Of a stretch of 64,000 nucleotides of DNA, positions 53,487-64,000 are shown in pieces. How positions within the stretch are numbered: the stretch's first letter is position 1; the number at the start of each line of letters is the position of its first letter. The stretch is from Podarcis vaucheri (taxonomy: Eukaryota), in the NCBI GenBank assembly GCA_965113315.1, contig OZ220373.1. One strand, 5' to 3'. Position numbers and translations under genes: made by a program. The notes beneath the pieces are model-generated. The model did no database searches. It was not told the DNA's origin and saw only the letters and a list, made by a program, of their open reading frames with translations.

Positions 53487-54056
53487 TGTGCAGAGTGTAA
53501 TGATGAATGAAGCCTTATTGACCGAGCAAGTTGGAGTTAACTCTCTATTAGCAAAAACAGGATCTGCACAGGAGTGCCAGGCCAAATGAGCACAGCAGCT
53601 CTTCTCCAGCATGTCTTGCCCACATGAAGCAGTTGCTAAGAATGAAGGTTTCTGCCTTCCCACAGTTGCCTTAGCCTCCCCCTCCCCCGGGGTCTTACCA
53701 AGCAATCTGAGACTACGCCTGTCTCTGCTCCTCCCTCTTCATACTTCTTCTGGTCCTGGGATGCCGGAAGGGGAGCTTGTCACAGCAGTGATCCTTCACC
53801 AACCTGACTCATCTCTTGGCCTCTCTGCTTCAGATTCCACCTCTGATTTTCGACTTCTCTCTGCTACACTTTCCCTGCTCCCTAAGCCCTGTTGCTTCAG
53901 CTTCCAACATGTCCTCTTCCCAGTCTTCTCCTTTTTCCCCCTCTGACCACTCATCGGTGTCCTACTACCACTCCCTGGGCTCTGAGCCTTCTTCCCCTGG
54001 TGGTTCCACAGATTGGTTCCTCCCATTATTCCTCTACGTCCAACTAGCCCGTGACA
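53487..54056 (-). mobile_element. Solo LTR, family B
   Basis: Minus strand starts TGTCACGGGCT; TSD AACAC/AACAG; shares acidic W-rich and ...LRLLGK blocks with 42019-42542. Confidence 0.65.
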
Positions 54057-54185
54057 AACAGACAGCCTCACACTGCGGCTCGTAATGATGAATGAAGCCT
54101 TATTTGCCCTTGTCAAAGTGGCTTTCTTAAAACAGAAAAGGGGGAGGAGTTTCCCTATTCACACTGAAATCAAACTGATACTTAC

Positions 54186-54233
54186 AACTTGCCAGACACT
54201 TCATTGCTGATAGAACCCAGTGAGGCAGCTCCT
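54186..54233 (-). CDS. DEPDC1B: DEPDC1B coding exon 6 (48 bp)
   Basis: ctgcag|AGGAGCTGCCT...GCAAGTT|gtaag; ELPHWVLSAMKCLAS(W), a hallmark DEPDC1-family motif. Confidence 0.95.
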
Positions 54234-55114
54234 CTGCAGTGAATAGAGATGTGAAAAATTTTCAAAAATCATTAAATAGATCAACACCGACTTTTATGAA
54301 GCAGAGGAATGGATTTACAAGCTACAGGAAAGCCTCATCCAGAAGCTCATCAACAGCCATAGAGTCATCCCAATCAACTCCAGGGTGGTAGCCTGCCAGA
54401 AGGCTTTCTCTATGGCAACCCAGGTTTTGGAACTTCCTCCCAACAGGGGTGAATCTGGAATCTTTGTTATACATCTTTCAACAAAGCCTGCAGACTCTTC
54501 TGTTTACCCTGGCTTTTGAAAACTGGGGTGTATATTTTCAGGACCCGCCTTATTTCTGTGATTGCAAGTTGTTTTAAAAGGTTTTCAACACTGTGCTTTA
54601 ATTGATGTAACCCGCCCTGGGAACTTCGGGGAAAGGGCAGGTAAATAGTAGTGATGATGGTGATTAGGACAGCGATTTCCATCAGAGAAGTACACAATAC
54701 AGTCTCCACCTCAGTCTTGAGCCATAAAAAAGAAAGGCATGTATCACTGAGGACAGACATAGTCACTCTTTGTCAGGGTTTCCCAAACTTGTGTCTCTGG
54801 CTGGTTTTGGACTACAACTCTCGTGACCCCTAGCTAGCAGAAGCCAGTGGTCAGGGATGATAGGAATTGTAGTCCAAAAAAACTACTGGAGACCCAAGTT
54901 TGGAAAACCCTGCTCTATATCTTTGGACAGTTTGTATTGGCGGCAGCTGCTCATTTCCATCCCAAGAACCACTTCACATATGGCACAGGTGGAAACAACT
55001 ATGTCCTACTTAGATCCATTGAACCCAAGTTAGTCATGTCCATTAACTTCAATTGGACTACTCTGAATAGGACTGCCATTGGATCCAACCCAACACCTTT
55101 GCAGAACAAGTGCT

Positions 55115-55575
55115 GTTAGGACCCTTGTACCTACGGGACCGCCTCTCCCGGTATGCCCCACGGAAGACCTTAAGGTCCATAAATAGCAACACCCTAGAGG
55201 TCCCGGGCCCTAAGGAAATTAATTAGCTTCAACCAGAGCCAGGGCTTTCTCAACACTGGCTGCGGCCTGGTGGAACGCTCAGTCTCATGAGACCAGGGCC
55301 CTGCAGGATCTGATTTCTTTCCCCAGGGCCTGTAAGACAGAGCTGTTCCACCTGGCCTTTGGCTTGGAGCCAATTTGATTCCCTCCCCCTTTCTTTTTTC
55401 TTTCACCTCCTGTGCTGAGGCTGCATTTTAATATTTTACTGTTTCAATATTTTACTGTTGTATTTTAATCTTGTTTTTAAGTTGTATTCATTCAGCTTGT
55501 TTTTATTGTTGCTTGTTGGCCGCCCTGAGCCCGGCCTTGGCTGGGGAGGGCGGGGTATAAATAATAATAATAATA

Positions 55576-55623
<48 letters not shown>
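55115..55623 (+). mobile_element. L2-type LINE 3' end with (AAT)n/(TAT)n tail
   Basis: GGACCGCCTCTCCCGGTATGCCCC...TGGAACGCTC...GGGCGGGGTATAAATAATAAT. Confidence 0.65.
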
Positions 55624-55625
<2 letters not shown>

Positions 55626-56431
55626 AGGTTAGTCGCTTGTTGTACAATAAAGGTTTCCAATTGACCTCCATTTTTTACATGCATAAGGACATGTGTGTTA
55701 ATAACAATAATAATAAAATTTAAAAGTAAATAATAATATATTATCATAAAAACATTTGCAGTGGATTACGCTCTGTTAAGCAGCCCCCAATAATAGCAGC
55801 AAAATGCTTCAGCGGCACAGGATCACCTAGGTTAGCTCATGTAGTCTAGCATCCTATTCTCACAGTGGCCAACCAGATGCCTGTGGGAAACCCACAACAG
55901 GACCTGAGAACGAGAGCCCTCTTCCCTCCTGGCATCTTCAGCAACTGGTATTCAGAAACATTGCTATCTCTGACCATGGAGGCAGATTAGCCATTGACAG
56001 CCTTATCCTCTGTGAAGGTGTCTAATCCTCTTTTTTTAAGGCCATCCAAGATGCTGGCCACCACGGCTTCCCGCAGGAAGGAATTCCGCAACAATACGCT
56101 GCAGAATCACCATCGTGCAACAAAGACCTATGTGCACAAATGCGTCAAGTTTGGAAACAGGGAAGTATTTAATTTTGCGGAGCGACAGGGAGCCATCTAA
56201 ACAGATGTAACTGCAGAAAAACAAAACTCATGCTGCCTTCAGATTACATGCCCACAGATTATGTCCATACGAAGGATGTGTCATGTGGGGAAGCCAGCCT
56301 TAATAAGAAACAATTGCACCATGTTTGTTGGTTGTGTAATTAGCCTCAAACAGGTTGGCATCACATAAAAGGAAATTACTCAGTAAGGTGATGTTGAATC
56401 ATGAAACTTTAACACTTCTGCTTATCTACTT

Positions 56432-56781
56432 AAAGGTAAAGGGACCCCTGACCATTAGGTCCAGTTGCGGACGACTCTGGGGTTGCGGAGCTCATCTTTC
56501 TTTATTGGCCGAGGGAGCCGGCGTACAGCTTCCGGGTCATGTGGCCAGCATGACTAAGCCGCTTCTGGCGAACCAGAGCAGCGCACGGAAACACCATTTA
56601 CCGTCCTGCCGGAACGGTTCCTATTTATCTACTTGCACTTTGACATGCTTTCGAACTGCTAAGTTGGCAGGATCAGGGATTGAGCAACGGGAGCTCACCC
56701 CATTGCGGGGATTTAACCACCGACCTTCTGACCAACAAGCCCTAGGCTCTGTGGTTTAGACCACAACACCACCCACGTTCC
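56432..56781 (-). mobile_element. Sauria SINE
   Basis: Full length; TSD CTTATCTACTTA. Confidence 0.9.
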
Positions 56782-57185
56782 ACTTATCTACTTAGATGAT
56801 AATAAAGAACAGCCTGTCTTTTAATTATGGATTTGTTTACCTCCATAAAAATAGTGTACAATTACCACCTAATGCTCTTACCGGTTCAGAATGTCTTATG
56901 GAAAGGACATGAAGTTGTATTCGTGGATAACTTATCAGAAATCATTCAAAAATATACCATAGTCCAAACTTGAGAAGCCCTACAAACAACTAAATAAATT
57001 TAAATAACATGACACTCCCCAATATACTCTTTGATGGTATATAGTAATTTTCTTCTTCTGGGGAGAAATGTCTATCTTTATGATTCAGCTACAGAATGTT
57101 CCTCCCCTCTCCCCGCTGAATTACCATATTATCAAGCACAAATCCTAGAAAAGCTGTAACAAACTAAACAAATTACTCTACTTAC

Positions 57186-57316
57186 TTGATTTATCTTCTA
57201 GGATGACAACTCCCTGCTTGTTAACATTATACACATTCTGAATTATATGCTTTGGATTCACAAGTTTAATGTCCAGCATGTCATTCAGAGAATCCAAGCC
57301 TAAAGTCTTTTGCAAG
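57186..57316 (-). CDS. DEPDC1B: DEPDC1B coding exon 5 (131 bp)
   Basis: ttgcag|CTTGCAAAAG...AAATCAA|gtaag; [43 protein letters not shown]. Confidence 0.95.
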
Positions 57317-58099
57317 CTGCAATAAGAGGGTGGGAGGTTGGGAAACAAACAGGTTTATCAGACTAGTAGCACAGTTAGTTGTAGAAGCACCGCACATCAC
57401 AATTAAGTACTTTTACTAGAATACAAAAAGTTCAGCAGATGCAGTATTTTTTAATAGACAGCACAAGCCGCCTTGAAGCTCGCAATTCCAATAGAAAAAC
57501 ATTCTGGTTTAAAACGAACACTTTACAGCGCCCGTATATTTTAGATACATGTGACTATAATGCTGAGGTTGCATGTCATAATGAAAAACCCGTTCTTACC
57601 CATCAAAGTGCATTTTATAAATGCCAACCTCCCCCCAGTTGGGAAAAACCAGTGAGAGTGTCCACATGCTAGTTTCCCCACCTGCTCTAGAGAACGAAAC
57701 AACCCCAAAATAACTAAAATAACTAACCAAAATAACTAAAGGAATCACGCACCGCATTCCAGCAATATTCTATAGTAAACAGTGGTACCTCTAAAACAGT
57801 TTCAAGTTAAGAACGGACCTCCAGAACGAATTAAGTATTTAACCCGAGGTACCACTGTAGTATTATTATTTTTAAAAAGCTGGGCATTGCAGTTCAGGGG
57901 CTTGAGTCAACAAGCCAGCTGAAAAAAGGCAAAAGAATTTCAGTTTATGGATTACTGAATTGCTGACTTTGTATTTTCTTAGTGGCAAGTTGGAATATTT
58001 ATTTACGCATGCATGCATGCATGCAAAGCACAGCCTATTGCTTTCTGCTACTTACTCTCAGCTTAGGTTGACAGAGAAAGGTTCATGCAATCTACTTAC

Positions 58100-58227
58100 T
58101 GCGATAGAGTCATGGACCTCCATATATCTTCCAGATTTGACTCTGTTAATTGTCGGCGATGTATGAGTTTGCACGTTGGTACTTCTCCAATTGCAATACT
58201 GTGACGTTTGAACCACATTTCAGAACT
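58100..58227 (-). CDS. DEPDC1B: DEPDC1B coding exon 4 (128 bp)
   Basis: ttgtag|AGTTCTGAA...CTATCGCA|gtaagt; [42 protein letters not shown]. Confidence 0.95.
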
Positions 58228-58365
58228 CTACAAGAGACGAGAAAGATAACAAGTTTTAGTATTGTATATACCGTATTTTTTGCACCATAACACTCACTTT
58301 TTTCCTCCTAGAAAGTAAGGGGAAATGTCTGTGCGTGTTATAGAGGGAATGCTTACAGATGGGCT

Positions 58366-58621
58366 GAAGAAGAAGAAGAAGAAGAGTTTGGATTTGATAT
58401 CCCGCCTTTCACTCCCCTTCAGGAGTCTCAAAGCGGCTAACAATCTCCTTTCCCTTCCTCCCCCACAACAAACACTCTGTGAGGTGAGTGGGGCTGAGAG
58501 ACTTCAAAGAAGTGTGACTGGCCCAAGGTCACCCAGCAGCTGCAGGTGGAGGAGCGGAGACGCGAACCCGGTTCCCCAGATTACGAGACTACCGCTCTTA
58601 ACCACTACACCACACTGGCTC
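58366..58621 (-). mobile_element. tRNA-derived MIR/CORE-type SINE (Squam3-like) nested in a MITE
   Basis: Reverse complement of the 46708-46947 family with (GAA)n tail. Confidence 0.78.
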
Positions 58622-59029
58622 TGGGGGGATCTGCTGCAGTCGTGAGCAGAGGATCCATGGTTCCCCTTCCTTCCCTCCTCCGTGGTTACAAAGCATGCAT
58701 CCACATGGATCCTCAGGATTTTTGCACTGGGCTACTCCAAACTCACCGTCAGATCACATGTCTGTGGCCACAGCATGAACCACAAAAATCATATATCCAC
58801 TATTTCGTTTAGAATATTTTTTTTCTTGTTTTCCTCCTCTAATAACTACGTGTGTGTTATGGTCTGGTGCGTGTTATAGAGCGAAAAATAAGGTAATAAT
58901 TATTTCCCTTAATAAGGACCCTAATCCTACACCGATCCAGAGATGTTAGTTGCAAATAATTGCCAATTCTTCAGTACATTTCTAAGCAACAGTGCAGAGA
59001 AGATAATGTGTCCTACATGCTAGTGCAGA

Positions 59030-59572
59030 ATTCAGCGGCCAGGTTGCTCACCGGAGCAAGACAGTTTGAGTATATTACACCGATACTGGTCTGACTGCAC
59101 TGGCTACCAACTGGTTTCCAGACCCAATTCAAAGGTTATAGGCTTTGACCTATAAAGCCTTAAATCTCAAGGACCACCTCTTCCCATATGAACCTACCCG
59201 GACCCTGAGATCATCTTCTGAGGCCCTCCTTCGTGTGCCTCCTCCTTGAGAGGTCCAGAGGGCCTTCTCTGCAGTAGCTCCCTTCTCTGCAGTGGCTCCC
59301 CATCTGTGGAATGCCCTCCCCAGGGAAGTTCGTCTGGTGCCTTCATTATACACCTTTAGGTGCTAGGCAAAAATGTTCCTTTTTAACCAAGCCTTTGGTT
59401 GATCTGATTGACATCCTATGCCCTTATAAAATGCAGCTCTCTTTTTTTGGGGGGGGGTTGTTATTGGGTTGCTGTTTTTATTTTCATTATATACATTGTT
59501 GTTTTTCTGTTGATCTCTCTTGTGAACCGCCCTGACCTCTGGGTATAGGGCAGTGTGTACATTCAATAAATA
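59030..59572 (+). mobile_element. L2-type LINE 3' fragment
   Basis: CTGCACTGGCTACC...ACCTATAAAGCC...TGGAATGCCCTCCC blocks typical of the L2 ORF2 end. Confidence 0.7.
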
Positions 59573-59973
59573 GTAAGATTAACCATAAGCTCTTAATTGC
59601 TGTAGGGAAGGCAAAATCCATACCACACCACATGCCGTGAGTAGGACTCCTTTCCAGCCCCTACAACTATTGACTAATCATAGTCCATAGCAATTATGTT
59701 CTCTACCCAGAGGGAGGAAGGGAAAGTTGGTGATGGCAATACCAAAGCCACAGCCCAGGATTCTCTGGTCCACACCCAAGTGGAAGTCAGCTCCAAAAGG
59801 TGTCAGGGACTGGACTGGGTGTAGCAACACTTCTCCACAGAGCCTGATTGGCTCCTCTGTTGCTCGCCCCTTGGGAGGAACCAAAGGATGCCTTCACAGA
59901 TATTTCAGTGAACAAGAGCTTGTAGTTAGCATCTTCCGCATCAAAATAATATTCGTACAGATGGAAATCTTAC

Positions 59974-60109
59974 CAACATGAGGGGCTTCCCTGGGATCTG
60001 TTGTTGGAAAGTATCCCTTTCAAAATCATTCCAGTTTGGGAATTTGACAACTTCCTTTCGGTACGGGGATCGTTTGGGATATGGTTTGAGTGGCGAGAAA
60101 GGAGGAAAT
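59974..60109 (-). CDS. DEPDC1B: DEP domain-containing protein 1B, coding exon 3 (136 bp)
   Basis: ttttag|ATTTCCTCCT...CTCATGTTG|gtaag; translates (R)FPPFSPLKPYPKRSPYRKEVVKFPNWNDFERDTFQQQIPGKPLML, matching recalled vertebrate DEPDC1B (FPPSSPLKPYPK...); phase joins the next exon. Confidence 0.93.
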
Positions 60110-60430
60110 CTAAAATGAAAAACAAAACGTTAAAGCCACAACTGAGTCCAGCTTGTGAACATTGTGAGGGGCAGGGAGAGAGAAAGGCCTCACATCTTCT
60201 GGTTGTAATCTAATTGTTTGAGGCCCATGTGAAATGTTTACACACTGGCCTTCTTGACCTAGAAGCTGATTCTAGGATGAATCCAACGAAGTCATCAATG
60301 TGCAAAAGGAAAGGCTGGAACTCTTTCGTATCATGCATTGACTTTGTAGGTGGAAACAGCAGAATAATATTCTATTGCTCCATCAGCATGGACCCTTTCC
60401 AGAGCTGGGCCAGTTAATGAAAAAAGTAAT

Positions 60431-60760
60431 GGGCCCCATCTACACTATAGATTTAAAGCAGTATCATACCGCTTTAAACAGTCCTGGTTTCCCCCAAATA
60501 ATCCTGGGGACTGTAGTTTGCTAAGCATACTGAGAGCTCTTAGGAGACCCCTGTTCCCCTCACAGAACTACAGTTTCCAGAATTTCCTGGGTAGAGGGTT
60601 GATTGTTAAACCACTCTGGGAATTGTAGCTCTGTAAAAGCAATAAGCGCCTCACAACATCAGCAGCCTTAACAAACCACAGTTTGCAGGATTCTTTGGGG
60701 AAAGGCATGACTGTTTAAAATGGTATGATACTGCTTTAAATCTATAGTGTAGATGGAGCC
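60431..60760. mobile_element. Fold-back MITE with long TIRs
   Basis: CCATCTACACTATAGATTTAAAGCAGTATCATACC / GGTATGATACTGCTTTAAATCTATAGTGTAGATGG; partial relatives near 10520-10680 and 27243-27440. Confidence 0.8.
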
Positions 60761-61807
60761 AAGGGGAAATGCCCTCATGAGGAAAGTGGATGGGTGAAAA
60801 GCCAGGAGCTAGTATGTTCTTCTAGGGAGCAGTTTCTCTCATTAAGTTGCTTATAGAATTATACAGGAGCTCAAAACTAGTACAGCTCATCAGCTGGAGT
60901 GTTATCCTTTGACCCTAAATCAAGTCAAACCACAGACCCAGTTGATAACTTCTGCTCTCTTTTCTCTGTCTGTGAAAAAAAGAAAGGGCAACTGACCCAA
61001 GCCATTATTCTGAAAATAACAAAGCTTAGATTAAGGCTTTAGGCATCATTGATTGCTGTGTAAATAAGCTTCCCCTATGTGTTCCTATGCTATTTAATTC
61101 ATTTATGAATCACTCGCCATAAAACATCCCAAAGCAATTTAACAATAAAGACTGCAAAAGTAAAAGCAACTAAACTCCCACCTGCCATAATTACTAGGTG
61201 CAAGGGGGGGGGAGAGAAACTGTTTGCAATTGTCCACCAGATGGTGCTCCAAATATATCCATTGTCCTGAAAGTTAAGAAGAAGAACATGCTTTGGTAGA
61301 TAAGATATAGACCTCCAAAACTACAGCTTTAGTTTACTGCATTGATCTCTGGCAAGTTAATTCACTCTACCGGGACAGCCATACAAAATTCTTAATAAAA
61401 AAACTGGCAAAATAATACCAAACTGCTGAACAATTAACACCAAGCACTGCTGAAATCTGAAAGTTCCTTTACATTTTTTTAAAGAAGGGAAACTAGTTGA
61501 GAACCATGCTTTGTCACTGCTCTATTCTACATCCTCCTTGAGTGGTTTTGCCAGTCTGGAATGTGATGCTGAACTATGATAATGCTTCTTGCTTGAGCCT
61601 TGATGGAAGACGGAGAGAGAGGCGTGTGTGTGCAAAAGCCTCTGGATTTCTGCATGGCTGGAATGTAGCCAACTGTACAAAGGTTTAAGTCACATATTTT
61701 GATCCACCCATTGTTACCTTTGCCCTGCCTTACATTATTCTATAAAAATATAAATTTGTTTCATCTTCTGGTACAGAAGCAGGTAGAACAAATGCCAAGA
61801 AGACAAA

Positions 61808-61862
61808 AGGAAGGAAGGAAGGAAGGAAGGAAGGAAGGAAGGAAGGAAGGAAGGAAGGAAGG
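61808..61862. repeat. (GAAG)n tetranucleotide microsatellite
   Basis: Direct reading. Confidence 0.95.
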
Positions 61863-63453
61863 TCCAATAAAAGAGAAAAACAATACAGTGGAAACACAAT
61901 TATTATTTATTAAATTCGTATACCTCCCTTCATACCGGTTCACAGAATAAAAAGATAAGATGATTACTCAGCAACATGTAGATTATGGGAGAAAGCACCA
62001 CAGGGATACAGTGGTACCTCAGTTTTAGAATATAATCCATTCCGGAAGGCCGTTCGAGTTCCAAAACCAAAAACTCAATATGGAAAACTCAATACAGAAG
62101 CTGAGCTTCCTGTTTGACTTCAAAGGCATGTTCAAAAACTGAAGCATTGACTTCTAGGTTTATGGCATTCAAGTTCAGAAATGTTCGTCAATGGAGGCGT
62201 TTGAAAACGGAGGTACCACTGTACAAGAAAAATACTGCAAAATATATTTTTGTCTCTATGGACAGTCACCATCCCAAACCATGGGTCTCCAAAAGTTGCA
62301 CCCTGCTCACTTTTAAATCTGGAACTGCCCAACACTGGAATATGGGCCCTGGAAGACGGGCCACAATGAAATTCAGCCCACAGGTTGTAAAAGGTTTTCC
62401 CATTTTGTTTGAAACAGAATAGTTACAGCCTTAATTTTTCATGCTTGATAACACTACTGATAAATACTAACTGGACAAAGAGAGGTTTCGTGTAACTCCT
62501 TCCCTAAAAAAATAACTTCTAGCTTTTTAAAACTACTTTGATACACATTCTGGGAACTTGGGGCGGTGGGGAGGGACACACGTTTAAGATGGGGGAGGAA
62601 GAAAAAAAGCAGAAACCGACTTCAACCTAGAGAGGGAAAAGGTTGGTTCAGAAGGGTCAGGGGACCAATCCAGGAAATCAGAAGGGAGTTAGTTTGTTCT
62701 TCTTTCATGAAGATCCTGCTGCACCCTGCATAGGGCATGTGTTGAAAGGAGACCTGGATGCACTGAATGAAGGTTCTGCTTTACAACACTTCTAACTGTA
62801 CGCTAAAGTTAGGGGAAGGATAACTGCTAGGGGAAGGATAACAGTTGTGCTTTGTATGCAGGAGGTCTCGGGTTCAACCCCTCTCACCTGCACTTAAAAG
62901 GTCAGGTAGCAAGAAAGGCCTCACTGCCGGAGACCATGGAGAGCCACAGGCAATGCAATGCAAAGCTAAATAGGCTAATATGTGTGGCACTTACATAACG
63001 CCGTGAACCTATTTCATCACGGCTGCAGCATAAACAAGCAGGGATCGGCCGCCACGGAATAAAATCCATTATTTTGCAACTTATTACGACATCATTTGTA
63101 TAAATAAAATGACTGGTACACCCAAGGGAACACAACAGTATAATTATAAAATTGCATTATGGCACTATCTGAAAAGATTAAAGTTCAGCATTGCAAAAAT
63201 GCAAATACCCAATTGGTCTTAAAGGTAGACCAGTGAACAGGGACACTTATTTATTCGTTTCAGTATTATAAATTGTTTCATATAAAACACATTGTTTTAT
63301 AGTATACTGTGTGTTTCATTCATGTTGTAACACACAGTATTACAATAAAACCAAAGAAAAACGTAAATAAAAGAAGAATCCTGAAATAACATTGTTGGGT
63401 ATATTCAATGGAGACAACCAAGGATTATTATAGAAACATTTACTTATTGGTTA

Positions 63454-63889
63454 TGTCAGGGAACTGATATCGGAGCGAGAGGCAAAGGGGAGGCTCCCAG
63501 ATTATGCTGGCGAAGGTCCCAGCAGCAGGGGGAGAAACAGCTCAGTAGAGGGGGAAGCCAATCAGTGCAACACCAGGGATAAAGGGGGACAGACGGGGGA
63601 AGTGGAGAGAGGACTCCAGGACTCTTCACTGGACATCAGTGAGGAGAGCCCAGGTCCTCCGCTACCCACACCTTCCCTGCGCAGAAGACTCCCGCGCAGC
63701 GAGAGGAGGAGGAGACTGGGTGTCAAACAACTTTTATTTTGGAAGAGGTTCAAGAAACGTCCACTGACGAATTCTGCCAGTGACTGAGGCAGCCACCATG
63801 AGAAGGGGCTGTGCAGTTAGAAAGTTTTAACAAGGCAAATTAGCCAAGAAAGGCACCAGTTTACGCACGAGTAACTCATACCCATTACA
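63454..63889 (+). mobile_element. Solo LTR, family A (ORF-bearing), inserted in an L1-like fragment
   Basis: TGTCAGGGAACT...CCCATTACA termini; perfect 5-bp TSD GGTTA; open frame 63455-63787. Confidence 0.88.
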
Positions 63890-64000
63890 GGTTACTTATT
63901 AATGGCAGCAAGAATGATAGCTAGGAACTGCAAAAGAACAAAGAGTTTAAATGGACAAAATTGGTATAATGTAGTTTCAGACATAGCACTTTAGTAGGAT

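Noticed and set aside
61470-61675. Extra DEPDC1B coding exon in intron 2
   Set aside because: An AG acceptor-like site exists, but all three minus frames hit stops and none resembles the DEP domain; exon 2 is not in the window.

Overview
Eukaryotic (vertebrate) genomic DNA from a squamate reptile, most likely a lacertid lizard, judged from abundant Sauria SINEs, tRNA/CR1-tailed SINEs, MIR-derived SINEs, Bov-B, CR1 and L2. The right half holds coding exons 3-11 of DEPDC1B on the minus strand. All have canonical GT-AG sites and a continuous reading frame ending at TAA 36747-36749; exons 1-2 lie beyond position 64000. About 23 kb downstream, a minus-strand non-coding exon with a CCAAT promoter (13830-14030) looks like the first exon of the long PDE4D7-type transcript of the syntenic neighbour PDE4D. 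The rest is transposon-rich intronic or intergenic DNA. The most unusual signal is a set of solo LTRs (TG...CA, 5-bp TSDs) in which a ~110-codon reading frame runs from the second base of the LTR to a conserved stop. It encodes an acidic/Ser-rich segment, a PTPS motif and an Arg/Lys-rich C-terminus, with a clear excess of synonymous changes between divergent copies. Two further LTR families in the window show decayed ORFs of the same architecture.
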